The position numbers were made by a program, and so were the translations under genes. 64,000 nucleotides of DNA, taken from contig CAVYSY010000025.1 in the NCBI GenBank assembly GCA_963771175.1, forward strand, positions 1 to 64,000, given 5' to 3'. The DNA comes from an uncultured delta proteobacterium. GTDB taxonomy: Bacteria > Myxococcota > Myxococcia > Myxococcales > Myxococcaceae. Of the stretch, positions 44,812 to 54,841 are shown piece by piece (position 1 is the first letter of the stretch; each line of letters starts with the position of its first letter). The notes under the pieces are model-generated. The model was not told the origin of the DNA, made no database searches, and saw only the letters and a list, made by a program, of their open reading frames with translations.

Positions 44812-45549
44812 TGAAGGAGTGGTAGGTGGTGTCGTTGCGCTGCCACTCCCAGTTGCGCGGGTAGCGCAGGCCCCCGGCCTTGAGCGACCAGGACTGGAAG
44901 AACAGGCGGGTGCGTACGTCGCCCCAGACGCTCCAGAACATGTCGGACGGGTGGGCATCCTCGGCCTCCACCAGCGTGGGCAGCCCCGTGTGGGCATTGA
45001 GATAGAGGCGCACCGCCGCGCGGCCGTGGTGGAACGTCACCACGTGGTGCGGCACGTCCTGCAGCACCGAGTCCGGCGCGCCGCGCAAGTCCGCGGCGTC
45101 CAGGGCGGTGAGCAGCACGCGCTCTGGGGCGAAGTCGAGCCGCTCGCGCATGTCCTGGAGCTGGGCGCCGCCGGCGGGGCGCGGCTTCCCTTCGACGTCC
45201 ATGGCGACCACGTCGCCGTCCATCAGCATCGTCAGCGCCCGCCAGGTGCCCGGTCTCCCGGCGCCCCGGCGCCCCGGCTCTCCGTCTTCTGGCGCAGGCG
45301 GTGGCGGGCGGGGACGAGCAACTCGTCGAGCTGCTCGTAGATGACGAGCCAGGGCGCGGCGGGGCGCTCGAACTGCTCGAACAGGTTCCAGTGGCCGATG
45401 CCCTGGACGCGCAGGCTGGAGAGGGCCCGGAGCCGGGCCTCGCCGCCCATGGCCTCGGCGGCGGCCCGCACGCGGGCGCGGGCGTCGTCGGCGGCGGAGG
45501 CGGGGAGGGCAATCAATAGCAGCAGGGAGAGGAGGACGGTTCTTCGCAT
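44812..45549 (-). pseudogene. Secreted protein N-terminus truncated at IS end
   Basis: Signal peptide MRRTVLLSLLLLIALPASA, AAAEAMGGEARLRAL; frameshift; cut at 44811. Confidence 0.65.
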
Positions 45550-45763
45550 GGCGCCAGGATGGCGCGGCACGAGGCCCCGCTTCCGCCCCATGCTGCCAAG
45601 GGGAGGCGGTCCACGGAGCTCTGGATGATGCCCCATTGCAGCAGCAGGTGGAGCAGGCAGAAGGACTCGAGGGAGTCGCGGACGCCGCGAAAATACCTCG
45701 ATAAATCCAGCGGGACGCTTCCCGACGTAGCCGAGGATGAAACACAGACAAGGAGCGTCACAC

Positions 45764-46108
45764 ATGCTTCGTTCTCATCGTCGGCGCTTCACGTCCGTCA
45801 TTACTGCGGCCGTCTTCATCCCCGCCTTCGTATCCAGCGCCGCCCTCGCGGCCGATCCATCCGCGGAAACATCGGACTCGGGAGTGCTCCGTCCGTGCGA
45901 TACCCGGCCACGCACCACGAGCGGCTTCGGTTTCGAGTGCCCGGAGCCGTACGCACTGGCAAACGCGTTGTGCTCCCTCGACCCTCAATTCAACGGCGCC
46001 ATCGTCGACTCGTTCAGCTGCAAGCCCATCCCGGGCTCCACGCTCTTCAGCTACTCGCTGACCTACCGTTGCACTCGGCCGGAGCCGTGCAGAAGAGGCA
46101 TCGACTGA
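45764..46108 (+). CDS. Small secreted six-Cys protein
   Basis: RBS AGGAG; signal peptide ending ALA; 6 Cys in mature part. Confidence 0.7.
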   Translation: MLRSHRRRFTSVITAAVFIPAFVSSAALAADPSAETSDSGVLRPCDTRPRTTSGFGFECPEPYALANALCSLDPQFNGAIVDSFSCKPIPGSTLFSYSLTYRCTRPEPCRRGID

Positions 46109-46109
46109 T

Positions 46110-46315
46110 GCTCCGCCGCCGAAGCCACAGGAGGCGAGCCCAGCGCCTGAGGCAGCGGCGAAGGCGGAACCGAAGAAGGAGCGGACGCCGCGATTGGATG
46201 GGGCCGGGCTGCGACGCAGGACGGAAAGCGCTGGAGGTGTTCGCCTGCGTCCGGTGTGGAGGCAGGCGCCGGGTGCTGGCGTACCAGACGGCACCCGACA
46301 GGGTGCGCGCCATTA
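46110..46315 (+). mobile_element. IS91-family transposase C-terminal remnant
   Basis: [37 protein letters not shown]. Confidence 0.8.
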
Positions 46316-46710
46316 CCAGAAGCCCACGCCCGAGGACTGCCAGGAAGCGCTCGTCCACTCTACCGCGATCGAGAATCGCGAGCGGTGGTTTAGCTGTTCC
46401 AGCTCGGCACTGTGCTTCTCGTCGCCTCCCCCTTCTGCTTGCTCTGGTTGGTGCGTCCCGGTGTCGCCGCCATCGTGAGTGCAATGACGTTCCAGGGTCG
46501 AGGTCACCGTCTCGAGACGGTAGCGCCGGTGCCCTTCCGTGGCCCCTTCGATGTCCTGGCGCGGATCTTCGTCGAGCAGTGGGTGACGTTTCCCCGCTTC
46601 GTGTTCTCGGGCGGCTTCGCCCGCGCGTGACGCGCGACGCGGAGCGCCGGTACTCCTCACGATGGCGTAGGCTCGGGGGATGCAGCGCAACTCAAGAGAG
46701 GACGGTCGTG

Positions 46711-47160
46711 ATGAAGGACCCGGTGCAGAGCAACACGTCGACGAAGACGCAGATCCGCGTCACCCACCGTTTCAGCGCCTCGGCCGAGCGCGTCTTCGAT
46801 GCGTGGCTGGACCCGGCCCGGGCGGGGCGCTGGCTGTTCGCGACCCCCACGGGCCAGATGGTGCGCGTGGAGATCGACGCCCGGGTGGGCGGCGGCTTCT
46901 CCATTGTGGAGCGTCGCGACGGCGAGGACGTGGCGCATGTGGGCAAGTACCTGGAGCTCGAGCGCCCCCGCCGCCTGGTCTTCACGTTCGCCGTCCCGAA
47001 GTACTCGGCGGACTCCGACGTCGTCGAGGTGGACATCGTGCCGCTGGAGGGGGGCTGTGAGCTGACGCTCACGCAGATGCTGAGCCCCGAGTGGAAGGAA
47101 CAGACGCGGCAGGGCTGGGCCACCCTGCTCGAGCGGCTTGCCGCCGTGGTGGGAACGTAG
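46711..47160 (+). CDS. SRPBCC/AHA1-domain protein
   Basis: FSASAERVFDAWLDP, IDARVGG, YLELERPRRLVFT, GWATLLERL. Confidence 0.9.
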   Translation: MKDPVQSNTSTKTQIRVTHRFSASAERVFDAWLDPARAGRWLFATPTGQMVRVEIDARVGGGFSIVERRDGEDVAHVGKYLELERPRRLVFTFAVPKYSADSDVVEVDIVPLEGGCELTLTQMLSPEWKEQTRQGWATLLERLAAVVGT

Positions 47161-47221
47161 GCTCTTCAGCGCGTGTGCTATAAGAGGGTAGAATGAAGGG
47201 GATGCCTCTTGGGCTCCTCAC

Positions 47222-47686
47222 ATGGGTTCGCCGACTTCTATTCTCGTGGACGATTCGCTCTGGCCCCTGCTCCGGGTGACGTTCCCGCGAGTGATCACCC
47301 ATGAGCAACAAGGCGAGCTGTTCCAGCGCATCCTGTCCTATCTGAGGCGGGGGGAACGGCACGTCACCTTGGTGGACTTCCGCCTGCTCCAATCGCTCAC
47401 CTTCGAGCAGCGCGAGCAGCAGTGGACCTTCCTGCGATCGCAGGAAGTGCTGATGCGCCAGTGGTCGATGGGGATTGTGGCACTCATCAACTCTCCGCCC
47501 CTGGCGCTGGTCGCCCGGATCGTCGTCCACCGCGTCAAGCCCTCGGTCGTGCCGTATTCCATCCTGGCCTCGTGGCCGGCGGCGGTGTCGTGGGCGGCGC
47601 ACCGGCTGGAGGATAGCGGTCTGGGCGAGCACGCCTGGCGGGTACGGCAACGTCTCGGCGCATCTTCCGCGGGTCTCGTGGGCTGA
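47222..47686 (+). CDS. Hypothetical myxobacterial STAS/SEC14-like protein
   Basis: DDSLWPLLRVTF..YLRRGERHVTLVD..AAVSWAAHRL. Confidence 0.65.
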   Translation: MGSPTSILVDDSLWPLLRVTFPRVITHEQQGELFQRILSYLRRGERHVTLVDFRLLQSLTFEQREQQWTFLRSQEVLMRQWSMGIVALINSPPLALVARIVVHRVKPSVVPYSILASWPAAVSWAAHRLEDSGLGEHAWRVRQRLGASSAGLVG

Positions 47687-47736
47687 GTGCTGGATGCGGT
47701 GGTTGTGGAAAAGATCAGGAAGGACCCGGAGTGCCA

Positions 47737-48348
47737 GGTGAGGAACGGCTTGTCGCGGCGCGCGCTGGCCTGGTGGATGGCCTGGGCCGCCTGGCTCTTG
47801 CCAGTGCCCGTCTCCCCTCCCAGCAGCACGGTGACGTCGGCGGCGGCGGCGCGCTCCATCCGCGCGAAGCACGCGCGCATGGCCGCCGAGGCGCCCACCA
47901 ACGAGCCGAAGCGGGTGGACTCGGAGAGCGGCAGCCGGTTGCGCTCGGGGCTGAAGTCGAAGCGCACCGTGACGCGCCCCAGCCTCAGGACGCTCCCGCC
48001 CCGCAGGAAGCCCTCCAGCACCTGCACCCCATCCACCACCACCCCGTTGAGGCTGTCCAGGTCTCTCACCCGCGCCCCGTCCTGGCCGATCCGCACCTCG
48101 CAGTGGAAGCGCGACACCGTCTCGTCGTCGAGCACCACGTCATTGAGCGGGTGCGAGCCGAGGGAGCAGCGATCCGCGCCCGACTCCCAGACCGCGCCTG
48201 GCAGGGGGCCCTCGACGACGGTGAGTCGGAAGCGGCGCACCGAGGCCGGGTCGAGGCGCCTCCGCGGGCCGTGGGGCTGGGTGACGTGGGGCTCGGAACG
48301 GTGGAAGGCAGGCCCGGACGCGGCGGGGACTGCGGCCTTTGGGTCCAT
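47737..48348 (-). pseudogene. FHA-domain sigma54 activator truncated just after Walker A
   Basis: GSHPLND..VSRFH..DLDSLNG FHA; GETGTGKS; no GAFTGA or HTH. Confidence 0.8.
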
Positions 48349-48446
48349 CTCGCGGTGGGTTGTCCGGCTCACGGATGCGCCGCTTGCTCTCGACAACCCC
48401 GCCGCTGTGCTATTTCCCTGCGGGTCTTCAACCAGGAGGAAGCCAT

Positions 48447-49028
48447 ATGGCGGGCAAGAAGCTGCTGATGCTGGTGGGCGACTATGTCGAGGACTACGAG
48501 GTGATGGTGCCGTTCCAGGCGCTGCAGGCGGTGGGGCACACCGTCCATGCCGTCTGCCCGGACAAGAAGGCTGGCGACACGGTACGCACCGCCGTGCACG
48601 ACTTCGACGGAGCGCAGACGTACAGCGAGAAGCCGGGCCACAACTTCGCCGTCAACGCCACTTTCGCGGAGGTCGAGGCCGCTCACTACGACGGCCTGGT
48701 GATTCCGGGTGGCCGGGCCCCGGAGTACCTGAGGCTCAATCCGAAGGTGATCCAGGTGGTCCGCCACTTCGCCGAGGCGAACAAGCCCATCGCCGCCGTC
48801 TGCCACGGGCTGCAGGTGCTCGCGGCCGCTGGGGTGCTCGAGGGCAAGCGCTGCACGGCCTACCCTGCCTGCGGCCCCGAGGTGACGCTCGCCAAGGGCA
48901 CCTACGTGCAGGTGCCGGTGGATGACGCGGTGGTTGACGGCAACCTCGTCACCGCGCCCGCCTGGCCCGCGCACCCGAAGTGGATCGCCGGCTTCCTCCA
49001 GGTGCTGGGCACGCGCATCCAGCACTGA
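48447..49028 (+). CDS. DJ-1/PfpI family protein
   Basis: [24 protein letters not shown]. Confidence 0.93.
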   Translation: MAGKKLLMLVGDYVEDYEVMVPFQALQAVGHTVHAVCPDKKAGDTVRTAVHDFDGAQTYSEKPGHNFAVNATFAEVEAAHYDGLVIPGGRAPEYLRLNPKVIQVVRHFAEANKPIAAVCHGLQVLAAAGVLEGKRCTAYPACGPEVTLAKGTYVQVPVDDAVVDGNLVTAPAWPAHPKWIAGFLQVLGTRIQH

Positions 49029-49138
49029 GTTGCCTCACCTGGCAGTCCCGCGAACCGCGAACCGCCGACAGCCCGTGTGACGCTCCACGGGCTGACACTC
49101 ACGCCATTTCGTGTATCCGGTGATGGGGGGATGTAACC

Positions 49139-50026
49139 ATGATTCATGGCATCAACGAGGGTGTGACACCGCCCGAACGACAGGCGACGATGCGGCTGCG
49201 TGATGGTCGCGCGCTCTCCTGGTCCGAGTGGGGCTCCGTCGAGGGCCTCCCCGTCTTGTTCTGCACCGGAGCCGCGATGAGCGGGTGGCTTGGCTTTGGC
49301 GCGAACGACCTCCCGAGCCTCGGCTTGAAGCTCATCGCCATCGACCGGCCCGGCCTGGGCTCGAGCGACGCGCACCCGGACAAGACCCTGTCCTCCTGGG
49401 TGGAAGACACGCGGGAGCTCATCGCGGCGAATGACTTGCAGGACGTGACCGCCGTTGGCTTCTCGCAGGGAGCACCCTTCGCGCTGGCGCTCGCGGGGCA
49501 TGGCCTCGTGAAGGCCGTGGCGCTCGTGTCCGGGCAGGACGAGCTCGCTCACCCGCGCATGTTGCCGCTCCTCCATCCGGATGTGGCGGGGATGGTCCGT
49601 GCTGTTCAGCACGATGCCACGGGGTTCGAGCAGGCCTTCGCGCGGATGGCCACGCTGGAGGGATTGTGGCAGCTCATCATCGGCATGAGCGCGGAGCGCG
49701 ACCGCGAGCTGTACCTGAGTGAGCACTTCGGCGAGGCATACCAGCGATCCTTGCGGGAGGGATTCTCGCAAGGCGCGCGGGGGTACGCGCGAGACCTCGT
49801 CAACGCCCTGGGTCCGTGGCCGGTGGCGCCGGAACACATCACCGTTCCGGTGGATCTCTGGTACGGCGGCGCGGACACGAGCACGGTCCACTCCCCCGAT
49901 TTCGGCGCCACCCTCGCCTCACGGCTGCCGAACGCCTCACATACCGTGGATGCCGAGGAGGGCGGGTCGATCCTCTGGACGAGAGCCCGGGATATCCTCG
50001 CGAAACTCAAATCCAGACGTTCCTGA
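49139..50026 (+). CDS. Alpha/beta hydrolase
   Basis: LRDGRALSWSEWG, IDRPGLG.S, GFSQGA. Confidence 0.88.
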   Translation: MIHGINEGVTPPERQATMRLRDGRALSWSEWGSVEGLPVLFCTGAAMSGWLGFGANDLPSLGLKLIAIDRPGLGSSDAHPDKTLSSWVEDTRELIAANDLQDVTAVGFSQGAPFALALAGHGLVKAVALVSGQDELAHPRMLPLLHPDVAGMVRAVQHDATGFEQAFARMATLEGLWQLIIGMSAERDRELYLSEHFGEAYQRSLREGFSQGARGYARDLVNALGPWPVAPEHITVPVDLWYGGADTSTVHSPDFGATLASRLPNASHTVDAEEGGSILWTRARDILAKLKSRRS

Positions 50027-50055
50027 CCCCCTCGTGCCGCTGGGAGGTTCCCCCG

Positions 50056-50745
50056 ATGAGCCACAGTGGTCCCATCCTGGTCGTGGAGGATGATCCTCCC
50101 ATCGCCGCGGGCCTCGTCCGTGGGTTGAAGCTCGCGGGCTTCCAGGTGGTGCTCGCCACCGACGGGCAGCTCGCGCTCGAAGCGGCGGAGCGGGAGAGGC
50201 CCACCCTGGTGGTGCTCGATCTCAACCTCCCGGAGCTGGATGGCTTCGAGCTGCTCGAGACCTGGCGGACGCGCCTGCGCGTCCCCATCATCGTCCTCAC
50301 CGCGCGGCAGGAACTCGAGGTCCGGCTGCGCTCCTTCGGGCTCGGGGCCGCCGACTACCTCGCCAAGCCCTTCTGGATGGAGGAGCTGGTCGCTCGCATC
50401 CGGGCGCGGCTCCAGCTCGTGGAGGAGGGCCCTCGGCGTGTGCTGCGCTGGGACGATGTGACGCTGGACCTCGATGCCCGGGTGGTGAGCCGCGAGGGCG
50501 TGGGCCCCCTGCCATTCACTCGCCATGAGCTGGACGTGCTCCTGTTCCTCGCCGAGCGCCCTGGCCGTGCCCTCACCCGGGAGCAGATCGGCAACCAGGC
50601 GTTGCCCGCCAACGAGGAGCGGGACGAGCGGACGCTGGACTCCCACATCGCGCGCATCCGCAAGAAGCTCGGGCCCGCGGGGGCGCGCATCAAGACGGCC
50701 TGGGGCATCGGCTACCGCTTCGAGCTGCCGGGGAGCGCGTCTTGA
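50056..50745 (+). CDS. OmpR-family response regulator
   Basis: ILVVEDD, VLDLNLP, LTAR, AKPF, DSHIARIRKKL, TAWGIGY. Confidence 0.93.
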   Translation: MSHSGPILVVEDDPPIAAGLVRGLKLAGFQVVLATDGQLALEAAERERPTLVVLDLNLPELDGFELLETWRTRLRVPIIVLTARQELEVRLRSFGLGAADYLAKPFWMEELVARIRARLQLVEEGPRRVLRWDDVTLDLDARVVSREGVGPLPFTRHELDVLLFLAERPGRALTREQIGNQALPANEERDERTLDSHIARIRKKLGPAGARIKTAWGIGYRFELPGSAS

Positions 50746-52124
50746 GGCTCTGGGGGAGCCTGTCCCGGCGCATCCTCGTCTCGTCGGCCGTGCTGGGGCT
50801 GCTCGGGACGTTCGGCGCCTCGCTCCTGTCCATCATGACGGGCGTGGAGAGTGGACTCCGGCTCAGCACACGGGCCATGACCGAGGTCCTCTTGCGCGAC
50901 CAGGGAGAAGCCTGCCGCTCCTCTCTGGAGGGCTGGTCCATCCAGACGCGGGAGGGTGTGAGGGTGGAGGCTTTCGACGTCGCGGCCGCGTCCGGCAGGC
51001 GCCCGGATCCCGAACTGCTCGCGCGTCTGGCCCGGGGTGAAGAGCAACCCATCGCGTTCTACTTCCCGCTCTTCGACAGGAGCGCCACCTGGGGCGGGGC
51101 CGCGCTGGTCCGGGTGGCGGATGCCGGCCCCTGCAGCCTCATCCAGTACCGGTGGCCCATCTCCCCCGAGCGTCAGACTCGCGGCCGGTGGCTGTTCCTG
51201 GCTGCCGCGCTCACCTCCATCATCGCGGCGGCGCTGTCCACGCTCGTCGTCGTGCGCCCGCTCCTGCGGCGGTTGCGCGAGTTGCACCGCGCCGCGGGTG
51301 GCCTCGGGAGCGGCTCCTACGCGTCGGCGAGGGATGAGCTGCCCGACGAGATGGGCGAGCTGTCCCGGGTGCTCGATGCCACCCATGAGCGGGTCCTGGC
51401 GGACGCCGAGCGCATCGAGTCCCAGAAGCACGCGCTGGAGCGACACCTGGCGGACGTCTCCCATGACCTGAAGACGCCCCTCGCCTCGTTGCAGCTCGCG
51501 CTCGAGCTCGCGTCGGCGGCGCCCTCCGAGGAGGTCTCCGGGCTGCTGGTGCGGGGCCTCGAGGACACCGTCTACCTCACGGCCCTGGTGGAGAACCTCC
51601 GCCTGGCCTGTCAGCTCGGCGAGGGGGTGGATCCGCTCGCGGGGGATGCCCGGGCCGAGTTGGGACAGCTCGTCGAGCGCGTCGTCCGGCGGCTCGGGTT
51701 GCTGGCGCGGCGGCGGGAGCTCTCCCTGGAGGCCGCGCGACCCGACGACGAGGTCTGGGTGCACTGCAATCCCACGATGATGGAGCAGGCCATCGTCAAC
51801 CTGGTCCAGAACGCCCTCGCGTACGGGGACAAGGACGGCCACGTCGTGGTGGTGCTCCAGACCGTGGAACCCGGGCGCTTCCGGCTCACCGTGCTCGACG
51901 ATGGCCCGGGGCTGTCACCGGCCGAGCTGACGCGACTCGGGGAGCGCGCGTTCCGCTCGCCCGAGGCCCGACGGAGGGATCCTCGCGGGAGCGGGTTCGG
52001 GGTGGCCATCGTCCACGAGCTGTGCCGGCGTGTTGGCTTCGCGCTCTCGTTCAGCACCAACACGCCGCACGGCCTGAAGGTGGTCATCGAGGGAGCGAGC
52101 CTCCACACTCCCTCGGGACCTTGA
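50742..52124 (+). CDS. HAMP sensor histidine kinase
   Basis: DVSHDLKTPL H-box, NLVQNA, DDGPG, GSGFG. Confidence 0.93.
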   Translation: MRLWGSLSRRILVSSAVLGLLGTFGASLLSIMTGVESGLRLSTRAMTEVLLRDQGEACRSSLEGWSIQTREGVRVEAFDVAAASGRRPDPELLARLARGEEQPIAFYFPLFDRSATWGGAALVRVADAGPCSLIQYRWPISPERQTRGRWLFLAAALTSIIAAALSTLVVVRPLLRRLRELHRAAGGLGSGSYASARDELPDEMGELSRVLDATHERVLADAERIESQKHALERHLADVSHDLKTPLASLQLALELASAAPSEEVSGLLVRGLEDTVYLTALVENLRLACQLGEGVDPLAGDARAELGQLVERVVRRLGLLARRRELSLEAARPDDEVWVHCNPTMMEQAIVNLVQNALAYGDKDGHVVVVLQTVEPGRFRLTVLDDGPGLSPAELTRLGERAFRSPEARRRDPRGSGFGVAIVHELCRRVGFALSFSTNTPHGLKVVIEGASLHTPSGP

Positions 52125-52138
52125 TCGCGCCAGGTGCA

Positions 52139-53737
52139 TCACCCGGCATCGAGCCATGCCAGGGACACCTCCTGGGCTCCCGGCTCGAGGTAGACGACGT
52201 CGCCTTCCGAGTCGATGGCGAGGTCGGCGATGGGCGCGTAGGCGCCGCGCGAGGCATCCGGCAGGGGAACCACCTGACCGCGCCGGCGCAGGGTGCGCTT
52301 CACCTCCACCCCACCTGCTCCCGAATGGCTGGCGGCAATCACCAGCTCGATCCACGTGCCGATCCGCCGGGCCGAGACGCGGGCCTTGTCTGGGATTGTG
52401 AAGCTCTCGCCCTCCACCTCCACGAGCCGGCTCCCCGCGGGACCTTCCTTCCAGCGCAGCACTTGCTGCTTCGAGAGGTCCACGCTCTTGCGCGGCCGCT
52501 GCAGCTTTCCGTTGACCAGCTCGGCGATGACCTTCTGCTCGCCATCCCGTGAAGTAACAGAGAGCAGGCCGTCATCGAGGGAGAGCGCACCCATCAAGCC
52601 CTCGCGCGGGAGGTCGAGCGTGCGGAGCAGTTGCCCTCCGGGGCGGTAGAGACGGAGCTGATGCCGGGAGCCATCCATGACGATGATGTCGCCCTGGCGG
52701 GTGAAGCCCAGGCCATCGGCGAGCCCGGCCTCGAAGGCACCGCGCGGGCCCTCCCGGCCGAGGACCAGGACCCGACGACGGACCCGGTCATAGAGGGCAA
52801 CCTCCCCCTTGGGACCCGCCACCAGGTAGTCAGGACCCACGGCCTGCGCGTCCTCCGACATGGGCTCGAAGCCCACGTCGACACCGTAGCGAAGCGAGAG
52901 TCGAGTAACGGCCGGCATGCTGGTCGTGGTGGTGGCCGAGGCAAGGACCACCTGGGGCGAAGCACCGGCCGGGGGAGGAGCCGAGACCGTGGCGACCGGG
53001 GGTGGAGCGCTGGCAACCGGGGGCGGAGCGCTGGCAACCGGGGCTGGGAGAGGAGGCGCTTCCGGAGCCGGATCCGGCCTGGCGGGGGTGCTCGCGGATG
53101 CGACCGCGGGCGGGTCCTCGATGCCCGGGTACCGGATGGGCACATAGCCGGCGAGATACGACCAGCTCGGAGTCGCCATCCGCACGCGCGAGGCGCTTCC
53201 GGACGCCTCGTAGATGATTGGCTTGCCGTCGGCGCTGGTCCCAGCGAAGAGCACGACGTGGCTGCCCGCCTTGTTGAGTGCATCGCCGGGACGTAGCTCC
53301 TCGAGCGAGATGGAGCGGGTCACGGTGCCGAGGGTGGACGTGGATTGACGCTTCTCGAGCCGCCAGACCTGCGAGATGAAGCCCGAGCAGTCGACCCCCG
53401 CGACACACGTCAGGATGCCGTCACGGCTGTGGCTGCCAGCGCCCTGCCCCGCGCTGAGGCGTCGACCGAACTCGGCCAGGTCCATCGAGCCTCCCCAGGC
53501 ATAGGGGACACCGACCTGTTTGCCGGGTGCGTGATCGCTGCGGTACTCCCCCTGGCAGGTCCCCTTCTGGTTCGCGGTGCGCATCTCCCAGGCGTGCTCC
53601 GCGAACCGGGCGGCGTCCGCCATCACCTCCTCGCGGCTCCGGGCCCGCGCGGTCACGGGCAGGAGTTGGAGCGAGGCAAGGAGCAGCAGCAAGGACCTCC
53701 GTGGGCTGCGACAAATGGATGCAATCTGTGGGTGCAA
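52139..53737 (-). CDS. Secreted NlpC/P60-like cysteine hydrolase + Pro-rich linker + propeller-like domain (start approximate)
   Basis: GVPYAWGG, GVDCSGFISQVW, LRPGDAL..SHVVLF; PVASAPP repeats. Confidence 0.75.
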   Translation of the reverse strand: MHPQIASICRSPRRSLLLLLASLQLLPVTARARSREEVMADAARFAEHAWEMRTANQKGTCQGEYRSDHAPGKQVGVPYAWGGSMDLAEFGRRLSAGQGAGSHSRDGILTCVAGVDCSGFISQVWRLEKRQSTSTLGTVTRSISLEELRPGDALNKAGSHVVLFAGTSADGKPIIYEASGSASRVRMATPSWSYLAGYVPIRYPGIEDPPAVASASTPARPDPAPEAPPLPAPVASAPPPVASAPPPVATVSAPPPAGASPQVVLASATTTTSMPAVTRLSLRYGVDVGFEPMSEDAQAVGPDYLVAGPKGEVALYDRVRRRVLVLGREGPRGAFEAGLADGLGFTRQGDIIVMDGSRHQLRLYRPGGQLLRTLDLPREGLMGALSLDDGLLSVTSRDGEQKVIAELVNGKLQRPRKSVDLSKQQVLRWKEGPAGSRLVEVEGESFTIPDKARVSARRIGTWIELVIAASHSGAGGVEVKRTLRRRGQVVPLPDASRGAYAPIADLAIDSEGDVVYLEPGAQEVSLAWLDAG

Positions 53738-53751
53738 GGCTTTTCTCCCGC

Positions 53752-54690
53752 TCAGAACGTCCAGGTGTAGCCGCTGCTGACGGCGACGCTCGCCTCGCCG
53801 CCGCCACCCACGCACACGACGATGCCCGCGAGCTTGAAGTCCATCGACAGCCACTCCTTCTCCGACTTCGGCATGGAGAAGATGATCTGGATGCCCCCTC
53901 CCACTTCGGTCTCGAACTCGAGGCCCACCGCGAGGTAGGGGCCCTCGAGCTTCTTCGGCTCGTCGAACCACACGCCGATCTGCAGGGTCCCGGACCCGCC
54001 GACCGAGCCGACGACCCCGCCCATGCCGAAGAATCCCTGGATCTTCGAGGCGTCCGGGAGCCCGAAGGCGAAGCCATAGCAGCCCTCGCCGCCAGCGCCG
54101 TAGGCCAGGCTTCCTCCGAAGCCGAAGGACATGGCGCCGAAGCCCTCCTTCTTGGCCTTCTCGTTGGACTGCTTCATGTCCTGGCTCTTCGCCAGGGACT
54201 TGACTGTCTTGTCGGACTCGGAGTCCTGCTTCTTGCTGGCCGCGTGCTTGAACAATCTCTCGAGTTCATTGCGGCTGCGGGGGTCCTCCAGCAACCCGTG
54301 CCCGGCCTTGCACAGGCTCTCGATCAGCGCGAGGTGGTCACGATAGATGCCCTCCGCCACCTTGACCGCGATCTCGGTCAGGGCATCGGTCAGCCAGCGC
54401 TCCGAAAGCTCGACGACCTCGTTCCAGGCCGACTCCCCCGCCTCCAGCGCATCGCGATAGGCCTTTTCGGCGACATGGCCCAGATCGTCGGAGATCTTCT
54501 CGAACTCGCGCGTCAGGTCGGTGGTGCCACGCTCCACCTCGTGCGCCACCGTGTTGGCCGCGCCCGTGACCGCGTTCGCCGTCTTGTTGGCGGCGTCCTT
54601 GGTGGTATCGGCCACCTTGTTCACCGCCTTCTTCGTGGACTTCTTGACCTTCTTGACGGTCTTCTTGAACGCCTTCGTAAAGCTCGACAT
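53752..54690 (-). CDS. Hypothetical protein: Lys-rich amphipathic N-term, Gly/aromatic beta-rich C-term
   Basis: 312-aa ORF, RBS GAGGTG, strong codon bias. Confidence 0.8.
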   Translation of the reverse strand: MSSFTKAFKKTVKKVKKSTKKAVNKVADTTKDAANKTANAVTGAANTVAHEVERGTTDLTREFEKISDDLGHVAEKAYRDALEAGESAWNEVVELSERWLTDALTEIAVKVAEGIYRDHLALIESLCKAGHGLLEDPRSRNELERLFKHAASKKQDSESDKTVKSLAKSQDMKQSNEKAKKEGFGAMSFGFGGSLAYGAGGEGCYGFAFGLPDASKIQGFFGMGGVVGSVGGSGTLQIGVWFDEPKKLEGPYLAVGLEFETEVGGGIQIIFSMPKSEKEWLSMDFKLAGIVVCVGGGGEASVAVSSGYTWTF

Positions 54691-54841
54691 CGCAGCACCT
54701 CGTTGGCTGAACCACTCACCATCGATTCACGGCGCCACCCCACGGGTGACCGCGTCGACTTGCCAGCCAAGGTCGCACGGAGTTGTTGAGGGAGTGTGGA
54801 GGCGCTCCCTTCCACTCGGGTGTTCGATACCCACCAGAGCA

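Noticed and set aside
52990..53045. 21-bp tandem repeat
   Set aside because: Encodes the PVASAPP linker; ordinary low-complexity coding repeat
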